Assembly: GCA_963666565.1 (NCBI GenBank)
Contig: OY762911.1
Span: forward strand, 1,472,001-1,536,000
Length of the DNA stretch: 64,000 nucleotides
From: Thermoanaerobaculia bacterium
Lineage (GTDB): Bacteria > Acidobacteriota > Thermoanaerobaculia > Multivoradales > Multivoraceae
Reading direction: 5' to 3'
Position numbers and translations under genes: made by a program. This document shows positions 9,707 through 18,031 of this stretch, in pieces; the first letter of the stretch is position 1; every line of letters begins with the position of its first letter. Below the pieces are notes generated by a model. That model saw nothing but the letters and a program-made list of their open reading frames with translations. It searched no databases and had not been told where the DNA came from.

Positions 9707-10825
9707 CTAACGGCGGAACGACGGGTCAAGGTCGATACGGTACAACGCCTCCCGCGGCCGGCCGCCGTTGCGGCTGCCGCCCCAGACGACGTGGACGGCG
9801 ATGCGGTCGCCGCGGGGGCTCCAGGCCAGGTCGCCGACGTAGGCGTGGCCCAGGCTGTGGTCGGAGGCCGGATCGTTGAAGAACGTGAGCCGGCGCTTGT
9901 TCGAGCCGTCCGCGTCCATCAGCCACAGCTCGCGGCGGTCGGCGGCCGGCACCGCCTGGTCCGGCTCGGCGCCGCGGATTCCGGCGTTCGAGGTGAAGGC
10001 GACGTGCCGGCCGGTGGGCGACAGGCGGGCGTACTCGTCGGCGCCGCTCCGGGAGTGGGTGAGGCGCTCGGGCTCGCCGCCGTCGAAGCGCAGCCGGTAG
10101 AGGTCGAGCGTGTCGGGCGACTGCCCCGGTTCGAGGTTGGCCGCGACCAGCGCGCCGCGGTCGTCGGGCGTGTAGCCCTGCGGGACGATCAGGGCGTCGG
10201 CAGGCGCTGGATGCGTCCTGACCTTGCCCAGCCTCGGGATGCCGCTCCGCTTGACCTGGAACTCGGCACTGCGGAGGCGCCAGGTGCCGTAGCGGCCTTC
10301 GCGCGCCCTGAACCGCTCGCTCCACAGCAGCCGCTCGCCGTCGAACGCGAAGTGCGGGTCGAGCACCGCCGCGCCGCTGGCCGCGAATCGGGTGAGCAGG
10401 GTGAAGTGCTTGCCTCTCCGGTCGACGTCGTAAAACTCGCTGTGGACGCCGCGGTCGGGGGTCAGGAGCTGCAGCGGATCGGCCACGAACTTGAGCCGCT
10501 TCGGGTGGCTCTGGACCTGCACGACCAGCCGCTCGCCCGAGGGGTGCCACGCGGGGTTCAGCACGTTGTCCTTGCGGAGCTCGTACATCTCGCAGGTCAG
10601 GCAGCGCTCGGCCAGGAGGTCCGTCGACGTGACGTAGACGTCGTAGCGGCCGTCCTCGCCGGCCTTGTCGTAGGCCAGCCACTCGCCCTGGCGGGACCAG
10701 TCGACCCGGGCGCCGCCCTCGATCCAGCGTTCGATGCGCACCACCGGGTTCGTCTCCGGATCGGCGGCCGGCGCCGGCGCGGCGGCCGCGGCCAGCAGGA
10801 TGCAGATCAGGCGGAAACCGACCAT
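9707..10825 (-). CDS. Secreted TolB-like / PD40 beta-propeller protein
   Basis: Signal peptide MVGFRLICILLAAAAAPAPA; repeats NPAWHPSG, ARLSPTGRHVAFTS, LAWSPRGD. Confidence 0.8.
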   Translation of the reverse strand: MVGFRLICILLAAAAAPAPAADPETNPVVRIERWIEGGARVDWSRQGEWLAYDKAGEDGRYDVYVTSTDLLAERCLTCEMYELRKDNVLNPAWHPSGERLVVQVQSHPKRLKFVADPLQLLTPDRGVHSEFYDVDRRGKHFTLLTRFAASGAAVLDPHFAFDGERLLWSERFRAREGRYGTWRLRSAEFQVKRSGIPRLGKVRTHPAPADALIVPQGYTPDDRGALVAANLEPGQSPDTLDLYRLRFDGGEPERLTHSRSGADEYARLSPTGRHVAFTSNAGIRGAEPDQAVPAADRRELWLMDADGSNKRRLTFFNDPASDHSLGHAYVGDLAWSPRGDRIAVHVVWGGSRNGGRPREALYRIDLDPSFRR

Positions 10826-10892
10826 CGCTGGAAGGCTACCAGCGGCCGCGGCCCTGAAGCTGCGTCGTCGCCCTCGAAACTGGACGCCCGCT

Positions 10893-10957
10893 GGGTGCGC
10901 GGTTCTTCCGACCCGCCGGGTGCGCGGGTCTTCCGACCCGCCGCCGCCGAAGGCGGC
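10893..10957 (+). repeat. Two tandem REP-like hairpins followed by a GCCGCC-GAA-GGCGGC hairpin
   Basis: GGGTGCGCGG(T/G)TCTTCCGACCCGC at 10893 and 10918. Confidence 0.9.
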
Positions 10958-11031
10958 CGGAAAGACGAGTCGGCCGCCAGGCCGGCACCGCGTTGGCGGC
11001 CGGGTTCCGGGCGAGCGGCTGGCGGGTTCGG

Positions 11032-12186
11032 TCAGCGCGAGGCCACGCCGACGAGTTGGCGCCCGGCGCCTTCGCGCGGCGCCTCTGGCGACACGTCCCG
11101 CGGCTTCGCCTCCGGCTGCCACTCCGGGAAGAACTGCCGGTACCAGCGCCGCAGCCGGACGACCGGCCCGTCGTCGCGGCAGAGCGTCGGATGCGTCGTG
11201 TAGGTCTTGTTCTCCCAGATCCGGATGTCGTGCTCCCACTGGGAGATCCAGTTGCCGACGACGTACCAAACGAGCAGGCGCGGCATCCGGCGGTCGGCGA
11301 ACCAGTGGAAGTCGACCTGCTGCTCGAGCGGCGCGACCGGAAGGTGGGTCTGAACGATGTCGACCTCGCCGGCGCCGGGGATCGTGATGCGGAAGTTCAC
11401 GATGCTGGCCGGACCGGTGCAGGTGACCCGGGCGCTTGCCCGGGTCCGTTCGAGGCGCCGGCCGAAGACCCTGAGCACGGTCCGGTCGAGGAAGTACAGC
11501 CGCCAGGGCTTGTCGTCGTCCAGTTCCCATCCGGGCGTGTGGACGAGCTGAACGCCGGGAACCGGAATCTGCGTCCACGGCACCGTCATCTGGCTGTGGA
11601 TGTACCGGAAATGGGCGAAGTCGGCCGTGTTCTCAAGGAACTCGACGATGTGCATGCGCACGCAGCCGGCGTCGTGGTGGCCGCGGTAGGCGAAGCTCCC
11701 GTCGTCGACCTCCGGGATGCGGGGAACCGGGTAGGGGACGTGGTCGCCGGCCTGTTGCTTCGGTCCGGCGGCCCGGTGATGCAGGAAGATCTGCCCGTTC
11801 ACGTCCTCCACGGGGAAGCTCTCGGCCGCGACGCGGGACGGCACGGTGTCGCTGTACGGCACGCAGGCCGCCCGGCCGTCGCCGGTGAACTGCCAGTTGT
11901 GGAACGGACACTCGATGCGGTCCTCGCGGACGCGGCCGTGCCTCAGGTTCGCGCCCAGGTGGGGGCAGAAGGCCTGCATCGCGTGGACGTCGTCGCTGTC
12001 TTCGCTCCGCCAGACGACCAGCGCGCGGCCGAGGCACTCCAGGTAGCGCACCTGCCCGCGCCGGAGCGACTTCGACGTCATCAGCCGGTACCAGCCGTCC
12101 GGGTAGGGATGCGGATAGCCGGCGAGACGGAGATCGTCCGAGGTCGGCGGTTCCCGGCGCCGCGAACGGCGAGTGATGGCGCCCAT
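11032..12186 (-). CDS. Rieske non-heme iron oxygenase, cholesterol 7-desaturase (Neverland/DAF-36) / KshA-like
   Basis: PYPDGWY; Rieske CPHLGANL...CPFH; mononuclear Fe motif ENTADFAHFRYIH; C-terminal DIRIWENK...DGPVVRLRRWYRQF. Confidence 0.85.
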   Translation of the reverse strand: MGAITRRSRRREPPTSDDLRLAGYPHPYPDGWYRLMTSKSLRRGQVRYLECLGRALVVWRSEDSDDVHAMQAFCPHLGANLRHGRVREDRIECPFHNWQFTGDGRAACVPYSDTVPSRVAAESFPVEDVNGQIFLHHRAAGPKQQAGDHVPYPVPRIPEVDDGSFAYRGHHDAGCVRMHIVEFLENTADFAHFRYIHSQMTVPWTQIPVPGVQLVHTPGWELDDDKPWRLYFLDRTVLRVFGRRLERTRASARVTCTGPASIVNFRITIPGAGEVDIVQTHLPVAPLEQQVDFHWFADRRMPRLLVWYVVGNWISQWEHDIRIWENKTYTTHPTLCRDDGPVVRLRRWYRQFFPEWQPEAKPRDVSPEAPREGAGRQLVGVASR

Positions 12187-12270
12187 CGCGGACCTAACGC
12201 TGGCGGAAGGCAGGCATCCGCTCGAATCGGAACGAGGCGATCGGGTCGTTCACGAAGTCCTCCAGGCGGC

Positions 12271-13350
12271 TCACGAGGGAGTCGTCGCGTCGCCGTCCGG
12301 CTTGCGCGCGTGGATGAGGAAGGAGGGCGTGAAGATGCCCGCCACGCCGCCCTCGACGAGGGAGTCGGCGGCCACGTTCAGGATGCGGGCGGCCTCGCCG
12401 GTGCCGGCGGGCGCGATGCGGAGCAGCTCGAGCAGACGGGTCGCCCCGGCCGTGAACCGGCGGCCCGCGGGAATCCGCCCGAGCGACGCGAGCGAAAGGT
12501 CGCGTCCCTGGAGCGACCGGTACCAGGGAGTGTCCGGATCGCACTCGAGGGAGTAGTCCTTCGCGGCCAGGATCTCGAAGCCGGCAGCCCTGGCCGCGTC
12601 GAGCTGCTGCGAAGTCGTGAGCAGGTTGGGCGTCGCGTTGGCGACTTCAAGCCGGTCGCGGATGTCGCGGTGGGCGGGATCGCCCGCGTCGTACCTCGCG
12701 GTGAGGCACCAGTCATTCAAGGCCAGCTCGCCGCCCGGTCTGAGCAGACGGAAGAACTCCTTGAAGCAGAGGTCCGTTCGGGGCGCGTGACAGACGGCGT
12801 CGAAGGAGTACGCCGCATCGAAGCAGCCGTCCTCGAGAGGCACGTCCAGGAAGTTCGCGAGCAGGAAGTCGCACGTCTCTTCGAGCCCGGCCCGGCGCAC
12901 CGCCCTGCGGCCTCTCTCGATCTGGAGCGCATTGAGGTTCAGGCCCGTGATGCTGGCGCCGGTGGCCTTCGCGATCGCGATCATCGGCCCGCCGACGCCG
13001 CATCCGAGATCGGCGGCCTTCATTCCCGGCTTGAGATCCAGGAGTTCGGCGACGCCGAGTTCGTGGCGGCGGACCGAGTCCCGGAGGCTCTCCCCGGATC
13101 GCCGAGGAGAGAAGTGGAACGACTGCCCCCAGCCGTACTCGTAGAAGCGGGTGACGACGTCGTAGTAGCGACTCACCATGCCGGGCTGACCGCGCAGGGC
13201 GCGGTCTTCTTCCTCCGCGCCGACGAGTGCCTTCAGCTCGAGGTAATCGTCGAGCGCCTCTCTCAGGGAGCCGCCGCTGTTGGCGGCCACGTGCGGACGA
13301 CCCGGTGTCGTCTCCACGCCGTCAACGTCGATGTGCGCTGGCTCTGCCAT
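12271..13350 (-). CDS. Sterol C24-methyltransferase (SMT/ERG6-like)
   Basis: SMT signature YYDVVTRFYEYGWGQSFHF; SAM motif DLGCGVGGP; YSFDAVCHAP; LRPGG; C-terminal GIFTP...ARKP. Confidence 0.9.
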   Translation of the reverse strand: MAEPAHIDVDGVETTPGRPHVAANSGGSLREALDDYLELKALVGAEEEDRALRGQPGMVSRYYDVVTRFYEYGWGQSFHFSPRRSGESLRDSVRRHELGVAELLDLKPGMKAADLGCGVGGPMIAIAKATGASITGLNLNALQIERGRRAVRRAGLEETCDFLLANFLDVPLEDGCFDAAYSFDAVCHAPRTDLCFKEFFRLLRPGGELALNDWCLTARYDAGDPAHRDIRDRLEVANATPNLLTTSQQLDAARAAGFEILAAKDYSLECDPDTPWYRSLQGRDLSLASLGRIPAGRRFTAGATRLLELLRIAPAGTGEAARILNVAADSLVEGGVAGIFTPSFLIHARKPDGDATTPS

Positions 13351-13407
13351 GGGCGCCGTGCCTCCCCGCCCGTGAGCCTATACCCGCGTCGAGGAGGTCC
13401 GCCCGCT

Positions 13408-13431
13408 GGGTGCGCGGGTCTTCCGACCCGC
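13408..13431 (+). repeat. REP-like hairpin
   Basis: Exact consensus GGGTGCGCGGGTCTTCCGACCCGC. Confidence 0.9.
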
Positions 13432-13506
13432 CCACCGACACGCGGCCAGTTCCCCGCGCGGCAGCGCGGCCTCGCGGCTGCGAACGCTGCTAGCGTCCTC
13501 GTCGAG

Positions 13507-14664
13507 ATGACCGACGAAGCCGGCGCCCGGAAGCGAGCCAGTTTCGCCGTTCCGGCTCTGATCGCCCTGTGGATCGTCGGTTCGGCGCCCTTTCTGGGCC
13601 GCCTGACCCGGTGGATTCGGGAGGAGGTCGACCGTTCGCTTCTCGTGATCGTGCCGACGATCCTGTTCTGGGGCGCGGCGGCGGCGTTCGCGGTCTGGGT
13701 GGTGCGTTCGGCACGGCGCCTGCGATGGAAGAACTGGATCGCGATGGCGCTCGGTCTGCTCTGGGCGGTCGTCCAGGCGACGGCACTCGCCCGCGGCCGT
13801 CCCGAAGAGTCCGCCCTCGAGCGGATGCACCTGGTTCTCTACGGCGTCGTCGCTCTGCTGCTCTACCGGGCCTTCCTCCGGGGCGGCCGGTCGGCAATCG
13901 CGGCGGCGTTTTCGGCCGTTGCTCTGACTTCGCTCGTCGGGCTAGCCGACGAGTTCATCCAGTGGCTCGTGTGGGTCCGCGCCGGCGACTTCTACGACTG
14001 CCTGCTGAACGCCTCGGCCGCTGGCTGCGGCGTCGTCTTCGGGCTGGGCCTGTTCGGATTCGACCCCCGGTCCCCGCCTCTCCCGGAACGCCGCGCGATT
14101 GCCGTCCTGTGGGTCGTCCTCGCCGTGGCGTCGGTCGGCCTCGTCGATCTGACGAACCTCGGCCACCGGATCGTCGACCCGGAACTCGGCAGCTTCCAGA
14201 GCCACTACAGCGCCGAGCGGCTCGAGCGCCTGAACGAGAATCGCCGCGCCCGCTGGCCCGCGAAGCAGCCGCCGACGCCGCCCTTCCAGCCCTGGCAGGT
14301 CGAGGATCACTTCCTGTCCGAGGCCGCCTGGCATGTCCAGGCTCGCAACGAAGCCTTCGACGCGGGAGAGTGGGCCACCGCCGCCGCCGAGCAGGCGATC
14401 CTCAGCCGCTACTACCCGGCCGTGCTGGAAGAAGTTCGGAATCCCGACGGCAACCTGCGCCACGCCTTCCCGCTGGAGAGAGTCCAGCGGCTCCAGCAGG
14501 AAGGCGCTGTCCCCGTCCCGACGTACGAAAGCTCCGCGGGCGGCACCAGGATCTGGATCTGGCCGAGGTTCCTGGCGTCGACTCTCTTTCTTCTCGCCCT
14601 TCTCCCCGCGGTTCCGCTGTCGATGGTTGGGCATCGGCGCCGCACGATCCCGGACCGCTCATAG
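13507..14664 (+). CDS. VanZ-family membrane protein
   Basis: ERMHLVLYG...ADEFIQWLVWVRAGDFYDCLLNA motif; multiple TM segments. The long 10993 ORF is only real from about 13507. Confidence 0.8.
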   Translation: MTDEAGARKRASFAVPALIALWIVGSAPFLGRLTRWIREEVDRSLLVIVPTILFWGAAAAFAVWVVRSARRLRWKNWIAMALGLLWAVVQATALARGRPEESALERMHLVLYGVVALLLYRAFLRGGRSAIAAAFSAVALTSLVGLADEFIQWLVWVRAGDFYDCLLNASAAGCGVVFGLGLFGFDPRSPPLPERRAIAVLWVVLAVASVGLVDLTNLGHRIVDPELGSFQSHYSAERLERLNENRRARWPAKQPPTPPFQPWQVEDHFLSEAAWHVQARNEAFDAGEWATAAAEQAILSRYYPAVLEEVRNPDGNLRHAFPLERVQRLQQEGAVPVPTYESSAGGTRIWIWPRFLASTLFLLALLPAVPLSMVGHRRRTIPDRS

Positions 14665-14705
14665 CGCATCCAATGCGGTCGCCGCTTCGCGGCGCATTTC
14701 TTCAA

Positions 14706-14745
14706 GCCGCCTCCGGCGGCAGCGGGTCGGAAGACCCGCGCACCC
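14706..14745 (-). repeat. REP-like hairpin plus GCCGCC hairpin, inverted
   Basis: GCGGGTCGGAAGACCCGCGCACCC at 14722-14745. Confidence 0.9.
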
Positions 14746-14757
14746 AGCGTCCGACAA

Positions 14758-14945
14758 CGTCCAGTCCGCGAGCGGGTCCGGGGGGAGGGTCCCAGGGCGT
14801 CGGAGGCAAACGACTCCCTCCGCCCGACCATCGACCGACGCCGACGCGGAGTGCAGCCGACAACAGCGAGCCCCTGCTCCCCATCCTCTCCGTGAAGGCG
14901 AGCGTGCCCTGGGACCCTCCCCCCGGCCGGCTCGCGGACGGGTGC
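14758..14945 (+). repeat. 188-nt long-hairpin repeat element, copy A
   Basis: Ends CGTCCA...GGGTGC; about 35-nt inverted arms; core similar to copies at 31942, 38518 and 39441. Confidence 0.85.
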
Positions 14946-14989
14946 AACCGCCGCCGCCTCGGCAGCGTCGACCGTCGCCGCCGCAGCGG

Positions 14990-16099
14990 TCAGTCGCAGC
15001 CTTCGCGCGTCTCTTCGATGAGGCCATCGACGACGGCGTTCAGGTCGCCCGCCTCGGCGCGGGCGATCTGGCGGTCGGCGCTGGTGCCCTCGGCGAGGAT
15101 CCGGTGGACGTACTCGACCTCCTTGCGGATGTTCAGCTCGTCCAGCACGTCGTCGACGAAGTCGAGGAGTTCCTCGGTCAGAGAGCGAAGCGGCACCTCC
15201 TCGCCCTTGCCGAAGTCGATCAGCTTGCCGTCGATGCCGTAACGGATCGCGCGCCACTTGTTCTCGTAGATCAGGTGGCGGGGATAGCGGCGCCAGGCCT
15301 GGTTGTTATGGCGGAGGCGGATCAGCTTGCCGACGATCGCCATCAGGAGCGCCGTCATGCACAGCGCCTCCTCGATCTTCGTGCAGACGTCGAAGACCCG
15401 GAACTCGATCGTCGGGAACTTGGGGTGCGGCCGGACGTCCCACCAGATCTGCGTCGGCTCCTCGATGCACCTCGTCTGGACCAGCACGTTCACGAGCCGC
15501 TCGTACTCGGCGTAGGAGCGGAGCGACGGCGGCAGGCCGGAGCGGGGGAGGCTCTCGAAGACGACGGAGCGGTAGGACTTGAGCCCCGTGTTGCGCCCCT
15601 GCCAGAACGGCGAACTCGTCGACAGCGCGAGCAGGTGCGGCAGGAAGTAGAGCGACTGGTCCATCACGTCGATGCGGAGTTCCTTGTCGGGAACGCCGAC
15701 GTGGACGTGCATGCCGAAGATCAGCATGCGCCGGGCGACGTCGCCGAAGTTCTCCTGCAGCTTGATGTAGCGCTGCGCCTCCGTGACGTCCTGCTCCTGC
15801 CAGGCCGAGAACGGATGGCTGCTGGCCGCCGCGATGCGGAGTCCGTTCCGGGACGCCAGGTGCCCGATCGACCGCCGCAGCCGGATGAGCTCCTGGCGCG
15901 CCTCGTCGATCGAGCCGCAGACCTCGCTGCCGACCTCGACCTGGCACTGCAACTGCTCCGCCTTGATCTGCTCCTGGAGCACGATCTGGCCCTGCTCCAG
16001 GAACTTCTGGATGAAGGGCTTCAGTTCCCGGCTCTCGGGTTCGATGATCTGGTACTCCTCTTCGATGCCGATGGTCAGCTCGGGAAGTCTCGTCTTCAT
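14990..16099 (-). CDS. ybdK: Carboxylate-amine ligase, YbdK/GCS2 family (glutamate-cysteine ligase-like)
   Basis: TIGIEEEYQ, FGMHVHVG, LALSTSSPFW, IWWDVRPHPKFPTIEFRVFD, ENKWRAIRYG. Confidence 0.9.
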   Translation of the reverse strand: MKTRLPELTIGIEEEYQIIEPESRELKPFIQKFLEQGQIVLQEQIKAEQLQCQVEVGSEVCGSIDEARQELIRLRRSIGHLASRNGLRIAAASSHPFSAWQEQDVTEAQRYIKLQENFGDVARRMLIFGMHVHVGVPDKELRIDVMDQSLYFLPHLLALSTSSPFWQGRNTGLKSYRSVVFESLPRSGLPPSLRSYAEYERLVNVLVQTRCIEEPTQIWWDVRPHPKFPTIEFRVFDVCTKIEEALCMTALLMAIVGKLIRLRHNNQAWRRYPRHLIYENKWRAIRYGIDGKLIDFGKGEEVPLRSLTEELLDFVDDVLDELNIRKEVEYVHRILAEGTSADRQIARAEAGDLNAVVDGLIEETREGCD

Positions 16100-16233
16100 C
16101 GGGCCTGCTCCTGGGTTGGGGGATGCCGCAAGCGTATCCGGCCCGCGCGGGACGGCCGCGGCGCGCGGCCCATCCCGCGCGCGCTCCCGGGGGACCGGCG
16201 ACGCCGGGGCGCTCTGATACCGTGACGCCCGCC

Positions 16234-18006
16234 ATGAGCTGGCCCGCGACCACCGCCTGGCGCCCGCGGGTTCCCCGCGCGGTGAGCTGGCTGCTCGTTC
16301 CGCTCCTGCTTCTGGGAGCGGCCTGCGGCGGGCGCGACGCGGCGCCGGACGCCGCCGCATCCTGGCCGCTCTACGGCACGGCGCCCACGGCGCGCGGCGA
16401 GGCGGGCATGGTCGTCAGCGGCCACGGCCTCGCCTCCGACGTCGGCGCCGCGATCCTGGCGGAGGGCGGCAACGCGGTCGACGCGGCCGTCGCGGTCGGC
16501 TTCGCCCTGGCCGTCGTGCTGCCGTCCGCCGGCAACCTCGGCGGCGGCGGCTTCCTCGTCTACCGGTCGAGCGACGGCGACGCGCGCGCCCTGGACTACC
16601 GCGAGAAGGCGCCGGCCGCCGCCAGCCGGGACATGTTCCTGGACGACGAGGGCAAGGTGACGGAGGCGTCGGTCATCGGCCACCTCGCCGCCGGCGTCCC
16701 TGGCTCGGTGGCCGGCCTGTGGGAGATGCACCGGGAGTACGGCACGTTGCCCTGGGCCGACCTCGTCGCGCCGGCGGTCGAACTCGCCCGCGGCCACGAG
16801 ATCGACGAAGCCCGCTCCGGAAGCCTGGCCCGCGCGGCGTCGCGGCTCGAGCGCTTTCCCGCCAGTGCGGCCCAGTTCCTGGTCGACGGCGAGGCGCCGC
16901 CGCCGGGCACGGTCCTGGCCCAGCCCGACCTGGCCGCGACGCTGACCGCGATCGCGGAGCAGGGGCCGGACGGCTTCTACCGCGGTCCCGTCGCCGATCT
17001 GATCGTCGCCGAGATGGAACGGGGCGGCGGGCTCATCTCCCACCGGGACCTGGAGGACTACGCCCCGGTCTGGCGCGAGCCGGTCGTGGCCGAGTACCGG
17101 GGCCACACGATCTTCTCGATGCCCCCGGTCTCCTCGGGCGGACTCACCCTGGGCCTCATCCTGAACGTGCTGGAGGGCTGGGATCCGCTGCCGCCGTTCG
17201 GCAGCGCCGGCCTGGTGCACGTGGAGGCGGAGACGATGCGGCTCGCCTTCCGCGACCGCAACACCCTGCTCGGCGACCCGGACTTCATCGACATTCCCCG
17301 CGCGCAGTTCGAGTCCCAGGAGTACGCGGACGAACTGCGGGCGCGGATCGATCCCGAGCGCGCGACGCCGCTGCCGCCGATCGAGGCGGCGCCGCCGGCC
17401 GAGAGCGCCGAGACGACGCACTACTCCATCGTCGACCGCTGGGGCGCGGCGGCGTCCGTCACCACGACGATCAACGGCGCCTACGGGAACGCCGTCACGG
17501 TCGCCGGCGCCGGCTTCCTGCTGAACAACGAGATGGACGACTTCGCCGCGTCGCCGGGCCAGCCGAACCAGTTCGGGCTGGTCGAGGGCGAGAACAACGC
17601 GATCGTGCCCGGCAAGCGGATGCTCTCCTCGATGACGCCGAGCATCGTGCTCGACCCGGAAGGCGATCTGATGATGGTGGTCGGCACGCCGGGCGGCCCG
17701 ACGATCATCACCTCCGTCTACCACGCGATCTCGAACGTGATCGACCACGGGATGCCGCTCGACCGGGCGGTCGAGAGCCCGCGGGTGCATCATCAGGCGT
17801 GGCCGGACCGGATCTTCTACGAGGAGGAAGGGCTCGCCGCCGACGTGGTCCAGGAACTGGAGCGCCGCGGGCACCGGGTGGTCGGCCGGGGCCACAGCGG
17901 CGACGTCGCCGCCATCCTGGTGGAGGGGTCGAGCCTCGTCGGCGTGGCGGACCCGCGGCGAGGAGGCGGCGCCAGCGCGCCGGACTCGCCCGGCGACGCC
18001 GACTGA
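16234..18006 (+). CDS. ggt: Gamma-glutamyltransferase (lipoprotein)
   Basis: GGNAVDAAVA, DYREKAP, autocleavage site ETTHYSIVD, LNNEMDDF, PGKRMLSSMTP, GTPGG. Confidence 0.95.
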   Translation: MSWPATTAWRPRVPRAVSWLLVPLLLLGAACGGRDAAPDAAASWPLYGTAPTARGEAGMVVSGHGLASDVGAAILAEGGNAVDAAVAVGFALAVVLPSAGNLGGGGFLVYRSSDGDARALDYREKAPAAASRDMFLDDEGKVTEASVIGHLAAGVPGSVAGLWEMHREYGTLPWADLVAPAVELARGHEIDEARSGSLARAASRLERFPASAAQFLVDGEAPPPGTVLAQPDLAATLTAIAEQGPDGFYRGPVADLIVAEMERGGGLISHRDLEDYAPVWREPVVAEYRGHTIFSMPPVSSGGLTLGLILNVLEGWDPLPPFGSAGLVHVEAETMRLAFRDRNTLLGDPDFIDIPRAQFESQEYADELRARIDPERATPLPPIEAAPPAESAETTHYSIVDRWGAAASVTTTINGAYGNAVTVAGAGFLLNNEMDDFAASPGQPNQFGLVEGENNAIVPGKRMLSSMTPSIVLDPEGDLMMVVGTPGGPTIITSVYHAISNVIDHGMPLDRAVESPRVHHQAWPDRIFYEEEGLAADVVQELERRGHRVVGRGHSGDVAAILVEGSSLVGVADPRRGGGASAPDSPGDAD

Positions 18007-18031
18007 GGGGCCGGGTGGCCGTGGCCGGCGC

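Noticed and set aside
14758-14945. The 188-nt element as 6S RNA or a retron msr-msd
   Set aside because: Size and closing stem fit, but four divergent copies plus fragments in 64 kb argue against 6S, and no reverse transcriptase is present.
14702-14947. Similar short peptides encoded in repeat copies (ERMG...SLLSAALR)
   Set aside because: Similarity follows from the DNA repeat; starts and frames are not conserved across copies.
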